A DNA stretch of 64,000 bases from Bacteroidia bacterium (GTDB lineage Bacteria > Bacteroidota > Bacteroidia > Flavobacteriales > Flavobacteriaceae): positions 14,665 to 78,664 of the forward strand of contig JAUIJA010000009.1 of NCBI GenBank assembly GCA_030431055.1, written 5' to 3'. Shown here piece after piece: positions 20,412-30,245 of this stretch. Position numbers and translations under genes: made by a program. The notes below the pieces were generated by a model. That model searched no databases and was not told where the DNA came from. It saw nothing but the letters and a program-made list of their open reading frames with translations. How positions within the stretch are numbered: the stretch's first letter is position 1; every line of letters starts with the position of its first letter.

Positions 20412-21389
20412 ATGAGAGAAGTTGCTTTTATTAAACAAAATAAAGAAAAATGGCTAAATTTTGAAGAAGCCATTTTTGGTAAAACCAAAAAAAATCCAGA
20501 CGAATTGGCAAGTTTATACATTCATTTAATGAATGACTTATCGTATGCCCAAACGTACTATCCTAAAAGCAAAACAACGGTTTACTTAAATCATTTGGCT
20601 TCGCAAACCTATCAAAAAATTTACAAAACTAAAAGGACTGAAACCAACAGAATAAAACATTTTTTTAAAACTGAAGTTCCGCTTTTGGTCTACGAATATA
20701 AACGATATATTTTATATGCTTTTATAACTTTTGCATTATTAACTTTTATTGGTGCTGTTTCAGCTCATAATGACGAAAGTTTTGTGCGTTTAATTTTAGG
20801 CGATTCTTATGTTAATATGACCTTAGAAAACATAAAAGAAGGTGATCCGGTTGCGGTTTATAAAGGCGGAAGTAACTGGGGAAGTTTTATCGGCATTACA
20901 TTAAATAACCTTCGAGTTGGTGCATTGTCTTATTTCTTTGGAATTTTTCTTGGTATTGGCACTTTTTACATTTTGCTGCAAAATTGTATTATGCTTGGCT
21001 CATTTCAATATTTCTTTTATCAAGAAGGTGTTTTCTGGGAAAGTGTTCGCGGTATTTGGATTCACGGTTCTATGGAAATTTTTGCTATGATAATTGAAGC
21101 TGGCGCTGGTTTTATTTTAGGCGCAAGTATTTTATTTCCTCGTACGTTTTCTAGAATGAATTCTTTTAAACTAGGTTTTAAAAATAGTTTTAAAATATTC
21201 ATTAGTACAATGCCATTTACATTTGCCGCTGGATTTTTAGAAGGCTATATAACACGTTATTCTAATACAATGCCAACATTTTTGAGTGTTGGAATTATTT
21301 TAGCAACATTATCAGCAATAAGTTACTATTATTTAGTTTATCCATTTATTGTGCATAAAAAAATAAAACAGAATGTTCCAACTATATAA
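20412..21389 (+). CDS. Stage II sporulation protein M (SpoIIM/DUF95) family membrane protein
   Basis: MREVAFIKQN, NNLRV, IWIHGSMEI, AGFLEGYITR. Confidence 0.85.
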   Translation: MREVAFIKQNKEKWLNFEEAIFGKTKKNPDELASLYIHLMNDLSYAQTYYPKSKTTVYLNHLASQTYQKIYKTKRTETNRIKHFFKTEVPLLVYEYKRYILYAFITFALLTFIGAVSAHNDESFVRLILGDSYVNMTLENIKEGDPVAVYKGGSNWGSFIGITLNNLRVGALSYFFGIFLGIGTFYILLQNCIMLGSFQYFFYQEGVFWESVRGIWIHGSMEIFAMIIEAGAGFILGASILFPRTFSRMNSFKLGFKNSFKIFISTMPFTFAAGFLEGYITRYSNTMPTFLSVGIILATLSAISYYYLVYPFIVHKKIKQNVPTI

Positions 21390-22311
21390 AAAAAGAGATT
21401 TTAGTCAGTTAGTAGGTGATACTTTTACTTTCTTTAAAATGGAAGGAAAAAAGTATTTCAGAAACTATTTCATCATAAATGGCGGATTAATTTTAATATT
21501 GATTGTTGCCTTGTACTTGTTAATGAGTTTTTTCTTTGAAGGTACTTTTGCTGCAGCTCAAAATGGAAATTCAACTTTTCTAGAAGATTCCCTTTACTCA
21601 AATATGGGTATTTTCTTAACAGTTGGCGCACTACTTTCACTCTTAGTAATCATAGTAAGTATAGTTAATTACACATTTCCTGTTAGTTATTTATCTCTTT
21701 TAGCTAATAATAAAGAGATTAATACTTCATCATTATTTGAAAACTTAAAACAGAAAATTGGTCGTTCTTTATTATTTTTCCTTTTTTCATTGTTTATTTT
21801 AATCCCAATCATGTGCATTATAATGGGAATTACTTTCCTTTTAGTAATGATTATTATAGGAATTCCGTTGTTATTGATAATTATGCCAGCTGTAATGAGT
21901 TGGATATCGTTAAGCTACTATCACTATATTTCAACAAATTCGGGTTATACAGAAGCATTAGGTAAAGGTTATGAAATGTTGAGACGTAATTTCTGGACAA
22001 TCATCGGTTCTACTGTGGTAATGTATTTAATCGTTCAAGTTGTTGTAAGTGTAGTAACTTTTATCCCTTACTTTTTCGGAATGGCAAGCTTTTTTGTAAA
22101 TCCAGATGGAATGCAAGAAGAACCAGAAAGCATGGTTTCATTCATAACCATTTTAGCTTCAGCTGTAATGATTATTTCTTTGGTTTTTAATTATATGATG
22201 CAAAATTTAATCTTAGTAAATCAAGGTTTAATTTATTATAGTGCTACAGAAGTTGAAGAAAACATTAGCGTCAACAAAGAAATTGATTCAATAGGACAAA
22301 ATGAAGAGTAA
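21373..22311 (+). CDS. Conserved membrane protein of the MoxR operon
   Basis: Several TM segments; overlaps both neighbours. Confidence 0.75.
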   Translation: MFQLYKKRDFSQLVGDTFTFFKMEGKKYFRNYFIINGGLILILIVALYLLMSFFFEGTFAAAQNGNSTFLEDSLYSNMGIFLTVGALLSLLVIIVSIVNYTFPVSYLSLLANNKEINTSSLFENLKQKIGRSLLFFLFSLFILIPIMCIIMGITFLLVMIIIGIPLLLIIMPAVMSWISLSYYHYISTNSGYTEALGKGYEMLRRNFWTIIGSTVVMYLIVQVVVSVVTFIPYFFGMASFFVNPDGMQEEPESMVSFITILASAVMIISLVFNYMMQNLILVNQGLIYYSATEVEENISVNKEIDSIGQNEE

Positions 22312-23005
22312 ACTCTTATCCATATCACTTTTCATTCAAACTACCGTTTTTTCAGCAATTGAAAAAGCAAAAGATTCTATTGGTTATAACCAACGAAATT
22401 TTGACAGTTCTTTTCAAGACAATTATAAAGGAGACGATTTTAACTATGAACCTTTAACAAAAGTTAATGATCTTTCTGCTTGGGATAGATTTTGGAACGC
22501 TGTTGGAAGATTTTTACAAGATTTATTCGATTTCGGTGGAATAGGAAACTCTATGAATGGTTTACAAATTCTCTTTAAAATAATCGCTATTCTAGTCATC
22601 ATTTTTGTGGTTTATTTAATTGTAAAAGTGATTATCAATAAAGAAGGCGGATGGATTTTCAGTAAATCGGCTAAGAAAATTAATGTAGTTGAAAATGTAG
22701 AAGAAAACATTCATTCTATCGATTTCAAAAAGATTGTTAACCAAGCTGTTTCTGATAAAAATTATCGCGTGGCTGTTCGGTATTATTATTTATGGTTGTT
22801 AAAATCACTTTCCGATAAAGATGTTATCGAATGGGATATCGAAAAAACAAATCGCGATTATTATAACGAAATTTCAAATACTGATACTAAAAAAAGTTTT
22901 CAGTTTCTTTCTTATATCTACGAATACAGTTGGTACGGAGAATTTGAATTAACACAAGAAGATTTTCAAAAAGCCGAACAAACTTTTATAAAAAACATTA
23001 AATAA
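22301..23005 (+). CDS. DUF4129-like membrane protein
   Basis: AVRYYYLWLLK, KTNRDY, YEYSWYGEF. Confidence 0.75.
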   Translation: MKSKLLSISLFIQTTVFSAIEKAKDSIGYNQRNFDSSFQDNYKGDDFNYEPLTKVNDLSAWDRFWNAVGRFLQDLFDFGGIGNSMNGLQILFKIIAILVIIFVVYLIVKVIINKEGGWIFSKSAKKINVVENVEENIHSIDFKKIVNQAVSDKNYRVAVRYYYLWLLKSLSDKDVIEWDIEKTNRDYYNEISNTDTKKSFQFLSYIYEYSWYGEFELTQEDFQKAEQTFIKNIK

Positions 23006-23008
23006 CCA

Positions 23009-24196
23009 ATGCCGAAAAGTTTAAAAATATACATCGGAATTTTACTCCTAATTTTAATTGGGATTGTGGTTATTGATGCAAACAGACCAAAACCTATCGA
23101 TTGGCGTCATACATATTCTTTGAACGACAAAATTCCGTTTGGTTTATACGTTTTTGACAATGAGTATGAAGAATTTTTCAAACCGCAAAAAGTAGAGCAA
23201 TTTGGAAAAACACCTTATGAATTTTTCGACTCAAAATTTAATTATAACGATACAACATATAGTAAAGGAACCTTTCTTTATATTGATAATGAATTTAATT
23301 TAGATGAAGAATCAGTTGAAGAGTTATTGTATTTCGCTAGTCATGGAAATGATATCTTTTTAAGCGCAACGAGTTTTCCTAATAAATTAAAAGATTCTTT
23401 AAATTTTAAACTCGAATTTGACAATAATTACAACGATTCTATTGAAATGTCAACTACAAAAACAAAAGTTAAATCGGATAGTTATTTCAATAAAGGAATT
23501 AACAATCGCTATTTTACAGAACTCGATTCTTCAGCTATTGTTTTAGGTCAGCAAAAAAGAAGTTCGGGTAAATTGCAAACCAACTTTATAAAAATTCCTT
23601 ATGGAAACGGAAACTTCTTCTTACACACGCAACCTATTGCGTTTACCAATTATTATTTATTAAAAGACAATTATTCATATACAGAAGACATTCTAAGTTA
23701 TTTACCAAAAACAAATAACATCTACTGGAAAGTCCGCAAGTTTGAAAGCAATAATCTTAACCAATCTCCATTAGGATTTGTTTTTAGTCAGCCAGCTTTA
23801 AAATGGGCTTGGTTATTTGCTATCTACGGAATGATTGTTTTTATGTTTTTTAATGCAAAAAGACGTCAGCGCGTTATTCCTATTATCAATCCGTTGCGAA
23901 ATACAACCGTAGATTTCACTAAAACTATTGGAAATTTATACTATCAAGAAAAAGATTACATGAACATAATCGATAAAAAGATTATCTTTTTCCTAGAAAA
24001 AATTAGAAACGATTATTATTTAGATACTTTTAATTTAGACGATACATTTATCAACCGATTGCATCAAAAATCTGGTAAATCTAAAGATGAAGTTAATAAA
24101 TTAATACAACTTATAAACACATTGCGAAACAAATCAGTAGCAACTGAAAATGATGTTATTACATTAAACGAACAGATAGAAAAATTTTATTCATAA
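23009..24196 (+). CDS. DUF4350-like protein
   Basis: N-terminal TM, DKIPFG, AFTNYYLL, C-terminal TM then KRRQRVIP and FTKTIGNLYY. Confidence 0.75.
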   Translation: MPKSLKIYIGILLLILIGIVVIDANRPKPIDWRHTYSLNDKIPFGLYVFDNEYEEFFKPQKVEQFGKTPYEFFDSKFNYNDTTYSKGTFLYIDNEFNLDEESVEELLYFASHGNDIFLSATSFPNKLKDSLNFKLEFDNNYNDSIEMSTTKTKVKSDSYFNKGINNRYFTELDSSAIVLGQQKRSSGKLQTNFIKIPYGNGNFFLHTQPIAFTNYYLLKDNYSYTEDILSYLPKTNNIYWKVRKFESNNLNQSPLGFVFSQPALKWAWLFAIYGMIVFMFFNAKRRQRVIPIINPLRNTTVDFTKTIGNLYYQEKDYMNIIDKKIIFFLEKIRNDYYLDTFNLDDTFINRLHQKSGKSKDEVNKLIQLINTLRNKSVATENDVITLNEQIEKFYS

Positions 24197-25221
24197 TGGA
24201 AAATACATTTGAACAAAACGAGCAAAATGCTGAAAATACACAGAATGAAAATGTAAATTTTCAATCGCGTATCGATTTACAACCTTTACAAGAAAGTATT
24301 GACCAAGTAAAATCGGAAATTGCCCAAGTAATTGTTGGACAAAACAAAATGATCGACCAACTTTTAGTTGCCGTTTTAGCAAATGGTCACGTTTTACTAG
24401 AAGGTGTTCCTGGCGTTGCGAAAACTATAACAGCAAAACTTTTAGCTAAAACCTTGAGTTTAGATTTTAGCCGAATTCAATTCACACCCGATTTAATGCC
24501 GTCAGATATAATTGGAACTTCAGTTTTCGATTTATCTCAATCGAAATTCGAATTCAAAAAAGGACCAATTTTCTCAAACTTCATTTTAATTGATGAGATT
24601 AACCGTGCTCCAGCAAAAACACAAGCAGCTTTGTTTGAAGTTATGGAAGAACGTCAAATTACTGCTGATGGTCATACATACAAATTAGACCAACCTTTCC
24701 TAGTTATTGCTACGCAAAACCCTATTGAACAAGAAGGAACATATCGTTTACCAGAAGCACAATTAGACCGATTTTTATTCAAAATAAACATCGATTATCC
24801 TAATCTTCAAGAAGAAATCGCAATTATCAATAAAGAAAACGAATTAAAGAGCAAAAACAAGTTAGAAGATATTGCTACGATAATTTCAAACAGTAATATT
24901 TTAGGTTTTCAAAGCTTAATTAAAGAAGTTTTAGTCGAACCTCATTTAATGGAATACATTGCAAAAATTGTTTTAAACACTCGTGAAAATGCCTTTTTAT
25001 ACTTAGGAGCTTCACCACGCGCATCTATTGCAATTTTAAATGCAGCAAAAGGTTTTGCAGCGCTAAACGGACGTGATTTTGTAACTCCAGATGATATTAA
25101 AGAAGCGGCAATTCCTGTTTTACAACATCGTGTTGTGGTTACTCCAGAACGTGAAATGGAAGGAATTAGCAGTACTGAAATTATCAAACAAATCATCGAT
25201 ATGGTTGAAATTCCTAGATAA
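24196..25221 (+). CDS. moxR: MoxR family AAA+ ATPase
   Basis: HVLLEGVPGVAKT, RIQFTPDLMPSD, DEINRAPAKTQAAL, LPEAQLDRF. Confidence 0.95.
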   Translation: MENTFEQNEQNAENTQNENVNFQSRIDLQPLQESIDQVKSEIAQVIVGQNKMIDQLLVAVLANGHVLLEGVPGVAKTITAKLLAKTLSLDFSRIQFTPDLMPSDIIGTSVFDLSQSKFEFKKGPIFSNFILIDEINRAPAKTQAALFEVMEERQITADGHTYKLDQPFLVIATQNPIEQEGTYRLPEAQLDRFLFKINIDYPNLQEEIAIINKENELKSKNKLEDIATIISNSNILGFQSLIKEVLVEPHLMEYIAKIVLNTRENAFLYLGASPRASIAILNAAKGFAALNGRDFVTPDDIKEAAIPVLQHRVVVTPEREMEGISSTEIIKQIIDMVEIPR

Positions 25222-25223
25222 TA

Positions 25224-26558
25224 ATGCTGAAGTTTTACAAACAATTATATCTCAATAATTTCTTCTTTTATTGCCTAATGGGAATAATTGCGCTATTTCT
25301 TTTGGCGTTCTTTTTTCCTATGTTTTACAATGCAGCTTGGTATTTGTTCTACATTTTGGTAACCTTTACTATTATTGATGTTTTATTATTGTTTGCTTCA
25401 GGAAAAACTGTAATTGGTAACAGAAACGCTCCTGAAAAACTATCAAATGGAGATGAAAATGAAATTGTTGTTTATCTTCAAAATAAGTACACTTTTCCAA
25501 TTTGGACAAAAGTTATAGACGAAATACCTTTTCAATTTCAAAAACGTGACTTTGAAGTAAAACGAAAAATTTCTGCTCAAGGAAAAGATTCTTTTAAATA
25601 TTTTCTGCGTCCAACAGAACGTGGCGAATATCTTTTTGGAAAATTGAATATTTATGCCGCTTCTCCATTACGTTTGGTTAGTCGCCGATTTATTTATGGA
25701 GAAAACGAAATGGTGCCAACTTATCCTTCTTATATTCAATTACGCAAGTATGATTTAATGGCTTTTTCTAATAATTTGTATCAATACGGATTGAAAAAAA
25801 TTAGAAGAATTGGTCATACAATGGAATTTGAGCAAATTAAAGAATATGTTCAAGGTGATGATATTCGCACGATAAATTGGAAAGCTACTGCAAAGCGAAA
25901 TGAATTGATGGTGAATCAGTTTCAAGATGAGAAATCGCAAAATGTGTATATGGTTATCGATAAAGGTCGTGTAATGAAAATGCCTTTTAGCGGATTAAGT
26001 TTACTCGATTATGCGATAAATGCGACTTTGGTTTTGTCAAATGTTATTCTGAAAAAAGGCGACAAAGCCGGAATGTTTACGTTTTCTAAAAAGGTTGAAA
26101 ATAGAATTGTTGCCGAAAAGCGTTTAAGCCAAATGCAACAAATCATGGAAAACTTATACAACATTAAAACCGATTATTTTGAAAGTGATTTCAGCCGATT
26201 ATATGTTGATGTAAAAAAACATATCAATCAGCGAAGTTTGATTTTGTTGTATACTAATTTTGAAACTTTAGATGGTTTACATCGCCAATTACCTTATTTA
26301 AAAGGAATTGCAAAAAATCATTTACTTGTTGTGGTTTTCTTTAACAATACTGAATTGAACGAATTAATCGATAAAAAAGCAACGAATATTCAAGAAATTT
26401 ACGACAAAGTTATTGCCGAAAAATTTGCTTTCGAAAAACGCTTAATCGTAAATGAATTAAAGAAATACGGAATCTATTCAGTATTAACACAACCCGAAAA
26501 TCTAACTCTAGATACAATTAATAAATACTTAGAAATTAAAGCTCGAGGAATTTTATAA
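25224..26558 (+). CDS. DUF58 / vWA-like protein
   Basis: EFEQIKEYVQGDDIRTINWKATA, IDKGRVM. Confidence 0.9.
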   Translation: MLKFYKQLYLNNFFFYCLMGIIALFLLAFFFPMFYNAAWYLFYILVTFTIIDVLLLFASGKTVIGNRNAPEKLSNGDENEIVVYLQNKYTFPIWTKVIDEIPFQFQKRDFEVKRKISAQGKDSFKYFLRPTERGEYLFGKLNIYAASPLRLVSRRFIYGENEMVPTYPSYIQLRKYDLMAFSNNLYQYGLKKIRRIGHTMEFEQIKEYVQGDDIRTINWKATAKRNELMVNQFQDEKSQNVYMVIDKGRVMKMPFSGLSLLDYAINATLVLSNVILKKGDKAGMFTFSKKVENRIVAEKRLSQMQQIMENLYNIKTDYFESDFSRLYVDVKKHINQRSLILLYTNFETLDGLHRQLPYLKGIAKNHLLVVVFFNNTELNELIDKKATNIQEIYDKVIAEKFAFEKRLIVNELKKYGIYSVLTQPENLTLDTINKYLEIKARGIL

Positions 26559-26567
26559 TTTTGACAA

Positions 26568-27380
26568 ATGAAAAAAATAGAATCAATTCAAAATCCTTTT
26601 ATAAAATCACTTGTTCAATTACAAGAAAAAGCAAAAGCAAGAAAGCAAACTGGAACTTTTTTAATTGAAGGTCAACGCGAAATTGAATTAGCTTTAAAAG
26701 GTGAATATGAAATTGAATCTATCTTATTTTTACCAGAAATTATTTTAGAAAATCGACTAAATGAAATCACTTCCTCTATATTGACACAACGAGCGGAGTC
26801 GAGATGCGAACTAATAGAAATTTCAAAAGAAGTATATCAAAAATTAGCCTATCGCGATTCAACTGAAGGAATTTTAGCTGTCGCCAAAACAAAATCGCTT
26901 TCACTTCATGATTTAAAACTTTCAAAAAATCCGTTAATTTTAATTGCAGAAAGTTTAGAAAAACCCGGAAACTTAGGAGCAATTTTACGCACAGCTGATG
27001 CAGCTAATATTGATGCTGTCATTATTGCTAATCCGCGAACCGATTTATACAATCCAAATATCGTTCGTTCAAGCGTTGGTTGTTTATTTACACGTCAAAT
27101 TGCCATTGGAACATCAGAAGAAGTTATCGCGTTTTTAAAGCAGAATAACATTAATTTTTATTCGGCTACTTTACAAAACAGTACAGAATATCACACGCAA
27201 GATTACACAAAACCAACAGCGCTCGTTGTTGGAACTGAAGCAACCGGTTTAACTGAAATTTGGAGAAAAGAAAGTACTTCTAATATTATTATTCCTATGC
27301 AAGGCGAAATTGATTCTATGAATGTTTCTGTTGCTGCAGCAATTTTACTTTTTGAAGCAAAAAGACAACGCGGATTTTAA
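26568..27380 (+). CDS. TrmH/SpoU family RNA methyltransferase
   Basis: EKPGNLGAILRTADA, VVGTEATGL, IPMQGEIDSMNVSVAAA. Confidence 0.93.
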   Translation: MKKIESIQNPFIKSLVQLQEKAKARKQTGTFLIEGQREIELALKGEYEIESILFLPEIILENRLNEITSSILTQRAESRCELIEISKEVYQKLAYRDSTEGILAVAKTKSLSLHDLKLSKNPLILIAESLEKPGNLGAILRTADAANIDAVIIANPRTDLYNPNIVRSSVGCLFTRQIAIGTSEEVIAFLKQNNINFYSATLQNSTEYHTQDYTKPTALVVGTEATGLTEIWRKESTSNIIIPMQGEIDSMNVSVAAAILLFEAKRQRGF

Positions 27381-27413
27381 TTTTAATCCCAAATAATTTC
27401 CTTGCACATTTGC

Positions 27414-27421
27414 TAACTTTG
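27414..27421 (+). promoter_or_regulatory. Bacteroidota sigma70 -7 box upstream of rel
   Basis: TAACTTTG matches TAnnTTTG, 30 bp before the ATG. Confidence 0.65.
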
Positions 27422-27450
27422 TTTTAACTTTAAAGTTTATACTTTAGCCT

Positions 27451-29664
27451 ATGCCTGTTATTGATATCGAAGCAGAAAATAAAGCGATTGCAAAAGAATA
27501 CAAAGAGCTTCTTCGTATAAGCTATCAAACACTTTCTAGTGATGATAAAAAATTAATCCGAAAAGCTTTTGACGTAGCTGTTGATGCACACAAAGATCAA
27601 AGACGAAAATCGGGTGAAGCGTATATTTTTCATCCTATTGCTGTTGCTAAAATTGTCGCTTCCGAAATTGGTTTAGGTGCAACTTCTATTGCTGCAGCGT
27701 TAATGCATGATGTTGTTGAAGATACTGATATTTCGGTTGAAGATATTGAAAAAATGTTCAATCCGAAAATTGCTAAAATTGTTGAAGGTTTAACTAAAAT
27801 TGCTAAAGTAAAAACTGAGCAAGATATTTCACTACAAGCGGAAAATTTCCGTAAAATGCTATTGACATTACATGAAGATGTTCGCGTAATCTTAATTAAA
27901 ATTGCTGATAGATTACACAATATGCAAACCATGGAAAGCATGGTTGATTATAAGCAAGCCAAAATTGCATCGGAAACACTTTATATTTATGCACCTTTAG
28001 CACATAGGTTAGGTTTATACAACATCAAAACACAACTAGAAGATTTAGGTTTAAAATATACGGAACCAGATGTTTTTAACGACATTGTTAGTAAAATTAA
28101 AGAAACTAAAGTTGAACAAGATATTTACATCAAATCAATTTCTGATATTTTAAGTAAATCGTTAAATGACGAAAATGTTGAATTTGTTATAAAAGGAAGA
28201 CCAAAATCGATTTATTCTATTCGTAGAAAAATGCGCGTTCAAAATGTAACTTTTGAAGAAGTTTACGATAAGTTTGCACTTCGTATTATTTATAAATCGG
28301 ATAATTTACATGACGAAAAGTTTCTTGCTTGGAAAATTTATTCAGTTGTAACTGATCATTATCGTCCAAGTCCAAGCCGACTTCGTGACTGGATTTCTTC
28401 ACCAAAATCTACTGGTTATGAAGCATTACACATTACCGTAATGGGGCCAAAAGGTCGTTGGGTTGAAATTCAAATTAGAAGTGAACGAATGGACGAAATA
28501 GCCGAAAAAGGTTATGCGGCACATTATAAATATAAAAATGCTGATTCTGAAGAACATGGATTGGAGATTTGGTTAAACCAATTGAAAGAAGCTTTAGAAA
28601 ATCAAACGTCAAATGCTGTTGATTTTGTTGAAGATTTTAAATTAAATCTATACGCTAAAGAAATTTATGTATTTACTCCAAAAGGTGATATTAAATCTTT
28701 ACCAAAAGGCGCTACTGCATTAGATTTCGCTTTCAGCATTCACACTGATATTGGACTACACACAAGAGGAACAAAAGTAAACGGAAAATTAGTTCCGTTA
28801 AATCACACTTTAAATAGTGGCGATCAAGTTGAAGTTATTACTTCGATTAATCAAAAGCCAACATCTCAATGGCTTGAGTTTGTTTCGACATCGCGAGCGC
28901 GAACAAAAATTAAAAATGTTCTAAACGAAAATGCTCGAAGAATTGCCGAAGATGGAAAAGAAATTCTTACTCGCAAACTCCGTCATTTAAAAATTACGCT
29001 AAATGAATCGGTTGTAAATGAGCTGGTTAGTTACTTCAAACTTCAAACTAGTCAAGATTTATTTTACCGTTTCGGAATTGGCGCTATCGAAAATCAACAA
29101 TTAAAAGATTTTGTAGCTCAAAAAAGTAATTCGTTTGTTAATTTCTTTAAGAAAACAATCAAAAGAACTCCAAGTCAGCCAGAAAATTTTGTAAAAAAAG
29201 ATGTAAATCAAAAATATGATTTATTAGTCTTTGGTAAAAATCAGGAAAAACTTGATTATAAATTAGCTAGTTGTTGTAACCCAATTCCAGGTGATGATGT
29301 TTTTGGTTTTCTAACCATTAATGAAGGAATAAAAGTCCACCGAAAAGATTGTCCGAATGCTATTAGCATGCAATCAAACTATGCTTATCGAATAATGCAA
29401 GCACAATGGATTGATTCTAGCAAGGAAGAGTTTAAAGTTGGACTAGAAATTACGGGATTAGACAGCTTCGGACTAGCAAACGAACTTACAAAGGTTATTT
29501 CAAACCAAATGCACGTAAATATACAAAGTTTGTCGCTAAACGGAGATGCTGGAGTATTCACTGGAAATATAACTGTTATCGTTCAAAACAACAGTGTTTT
29601 AAAGAAATTAATAGATAGTATTAAAAAAGTTGATGGAGTAGACAAAATTAAGCGTATTAATTAA
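27451..29664 (+). CDS. rel: Bifunctional (p)ppGpp synthetase/hydrolase
   Basis: RRKSGEAYIFHP, MHDVVEDT, RPKSIYS, EIQIRS, TGS and ACT domains. Confidence 0.95.
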   Translation: MPVIDIEAENKAIAKEYKELLRISYQTLSSDDKKLIRKAFDVAVDAHKDQRRKSGEAYIFHPIAVAKIVASEIGLGATSIAAALMHDVVEDTDISVEDIEKMFNPKIAKIVEGLTKIAKVKTEQDISLQAENFRKMLLTLHEDVRVILIKIADRLHNMQTMESMVDYKQAKIASETLYIYAPLAHRLGLYNIKTQLEDLGLKYTEPDVFNDIVSKIKETKVEQDIYIKSISDILSKSLNDENVEFVIKGRPKSIYSIRRKMRVQNVTFEEVYDKFALRIIYKSDNLHDEKFLAWKIYSVVTDHYRPSPSRLRDWISSPKSTGYEALHITVMGPKGRWVEIQIRSERMDEIAEKGYAAHYKYKNADSEEHGLEIWLNQLKEALENQTSNAVDFVEDFKLNLYAKEIYVFTPKGDIKSLPKGATALDFAFSIHTDIGLHTRGTKVNGKLVPLNHTLNSGDQVEVITSINQKPTSQWLEFVSTSRARTKIKNVLNENARRIAEDGKEILTRKLRHLKITLNESVVNELVSYFKLQTSQDLFYRFGIGAIENQQLKDFVAQKSNSFVNFFKKTIKRTPSQPENFVKKDVNQKYDLLVFGKNQEKLDYKLASCCNPIPGDDVFGFLTINEGIKVHRKDCPNAISMQSNYAYRIMQAQWIDSSKEEFKVGLEITGLDSFGLANELTKVISNQMHVNIQSLSLNGDAGVFTGNITVIVQNNSVLKKLIDSIKKVDGVDKIKRIN

Positions 29665-29742
29665 AATCACGCTAAATATAAGTTAGTAGCTGTTTATTGA
29701 AAAACTTCTGAATTCTAATTTCTAAAATCTAAATTTAAAAAG

Positions 29743-29750
29743 TATCTTTG
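29743..29750 (+). promoter_or_regulatory. -7 box upstream of fur-purA
   Basis: TATCTTTG 23 bp before the fur ATG. Confidence 0.7.
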
Positions 29751-29772
29751 CCGTGACTTCATTCAAAAGCTA

Positions 29773-30210
29773 ATGGAAAATCAAAACAACCAAGAAATTG
29801 TAAAAGATGTTTTTACTCAATATTTAGAGAGTAAATCACACCGTAAAACCCCAGAGCGTTACGCGATTTTGCAAGAAATTTATGAATCAAACGAACATTT
29901 TGATATTGAGTCCCTTTATATTAAAATGAAAAATAAAAACTATCGAGTAAGTAGAGCAACTCTTTACAACACCATTGAGCTTTTAATGGATTGTGGTCTT
30001 GTTCGCAGGCATCAATTCGGTCAAAATCAAGCGCATTATGAAAAATCGTATTTCGATAAACAACACGATCATATTATCTTAACAGATGGTGAAGTTATCG
30101 AATTTTGCGACCCTCGAATTCAATCGATAAAACAAACAATGGAAGATATGTTTGGAATTGAAATTCATTCTCATTCGCTTTACTTCTACGGAACAAAAAA
30201 AGACAAATAA
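29773..30210 (+). CDS. fur: Fur family transcriptional regulator
   Basis: [26 protein letters not shown]. Confidence 0.85.
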   Translation: MENQNNQEIVKDVFTQYLESKSHRKTPERYAILQEIYESNEHFDIESLYIKMKNKNYRVSRATLYNTIELLMDCGLVRRHQFGQNQAHYEKSYFDKQHDHIILTDGEVIEFCDPRIQSIKQTMEDMFGIEIHSHSLYFYGTKKDK

Positions 30211-30245
30211 AACTAACACTAAACAACAAAACAACTCACAACACA

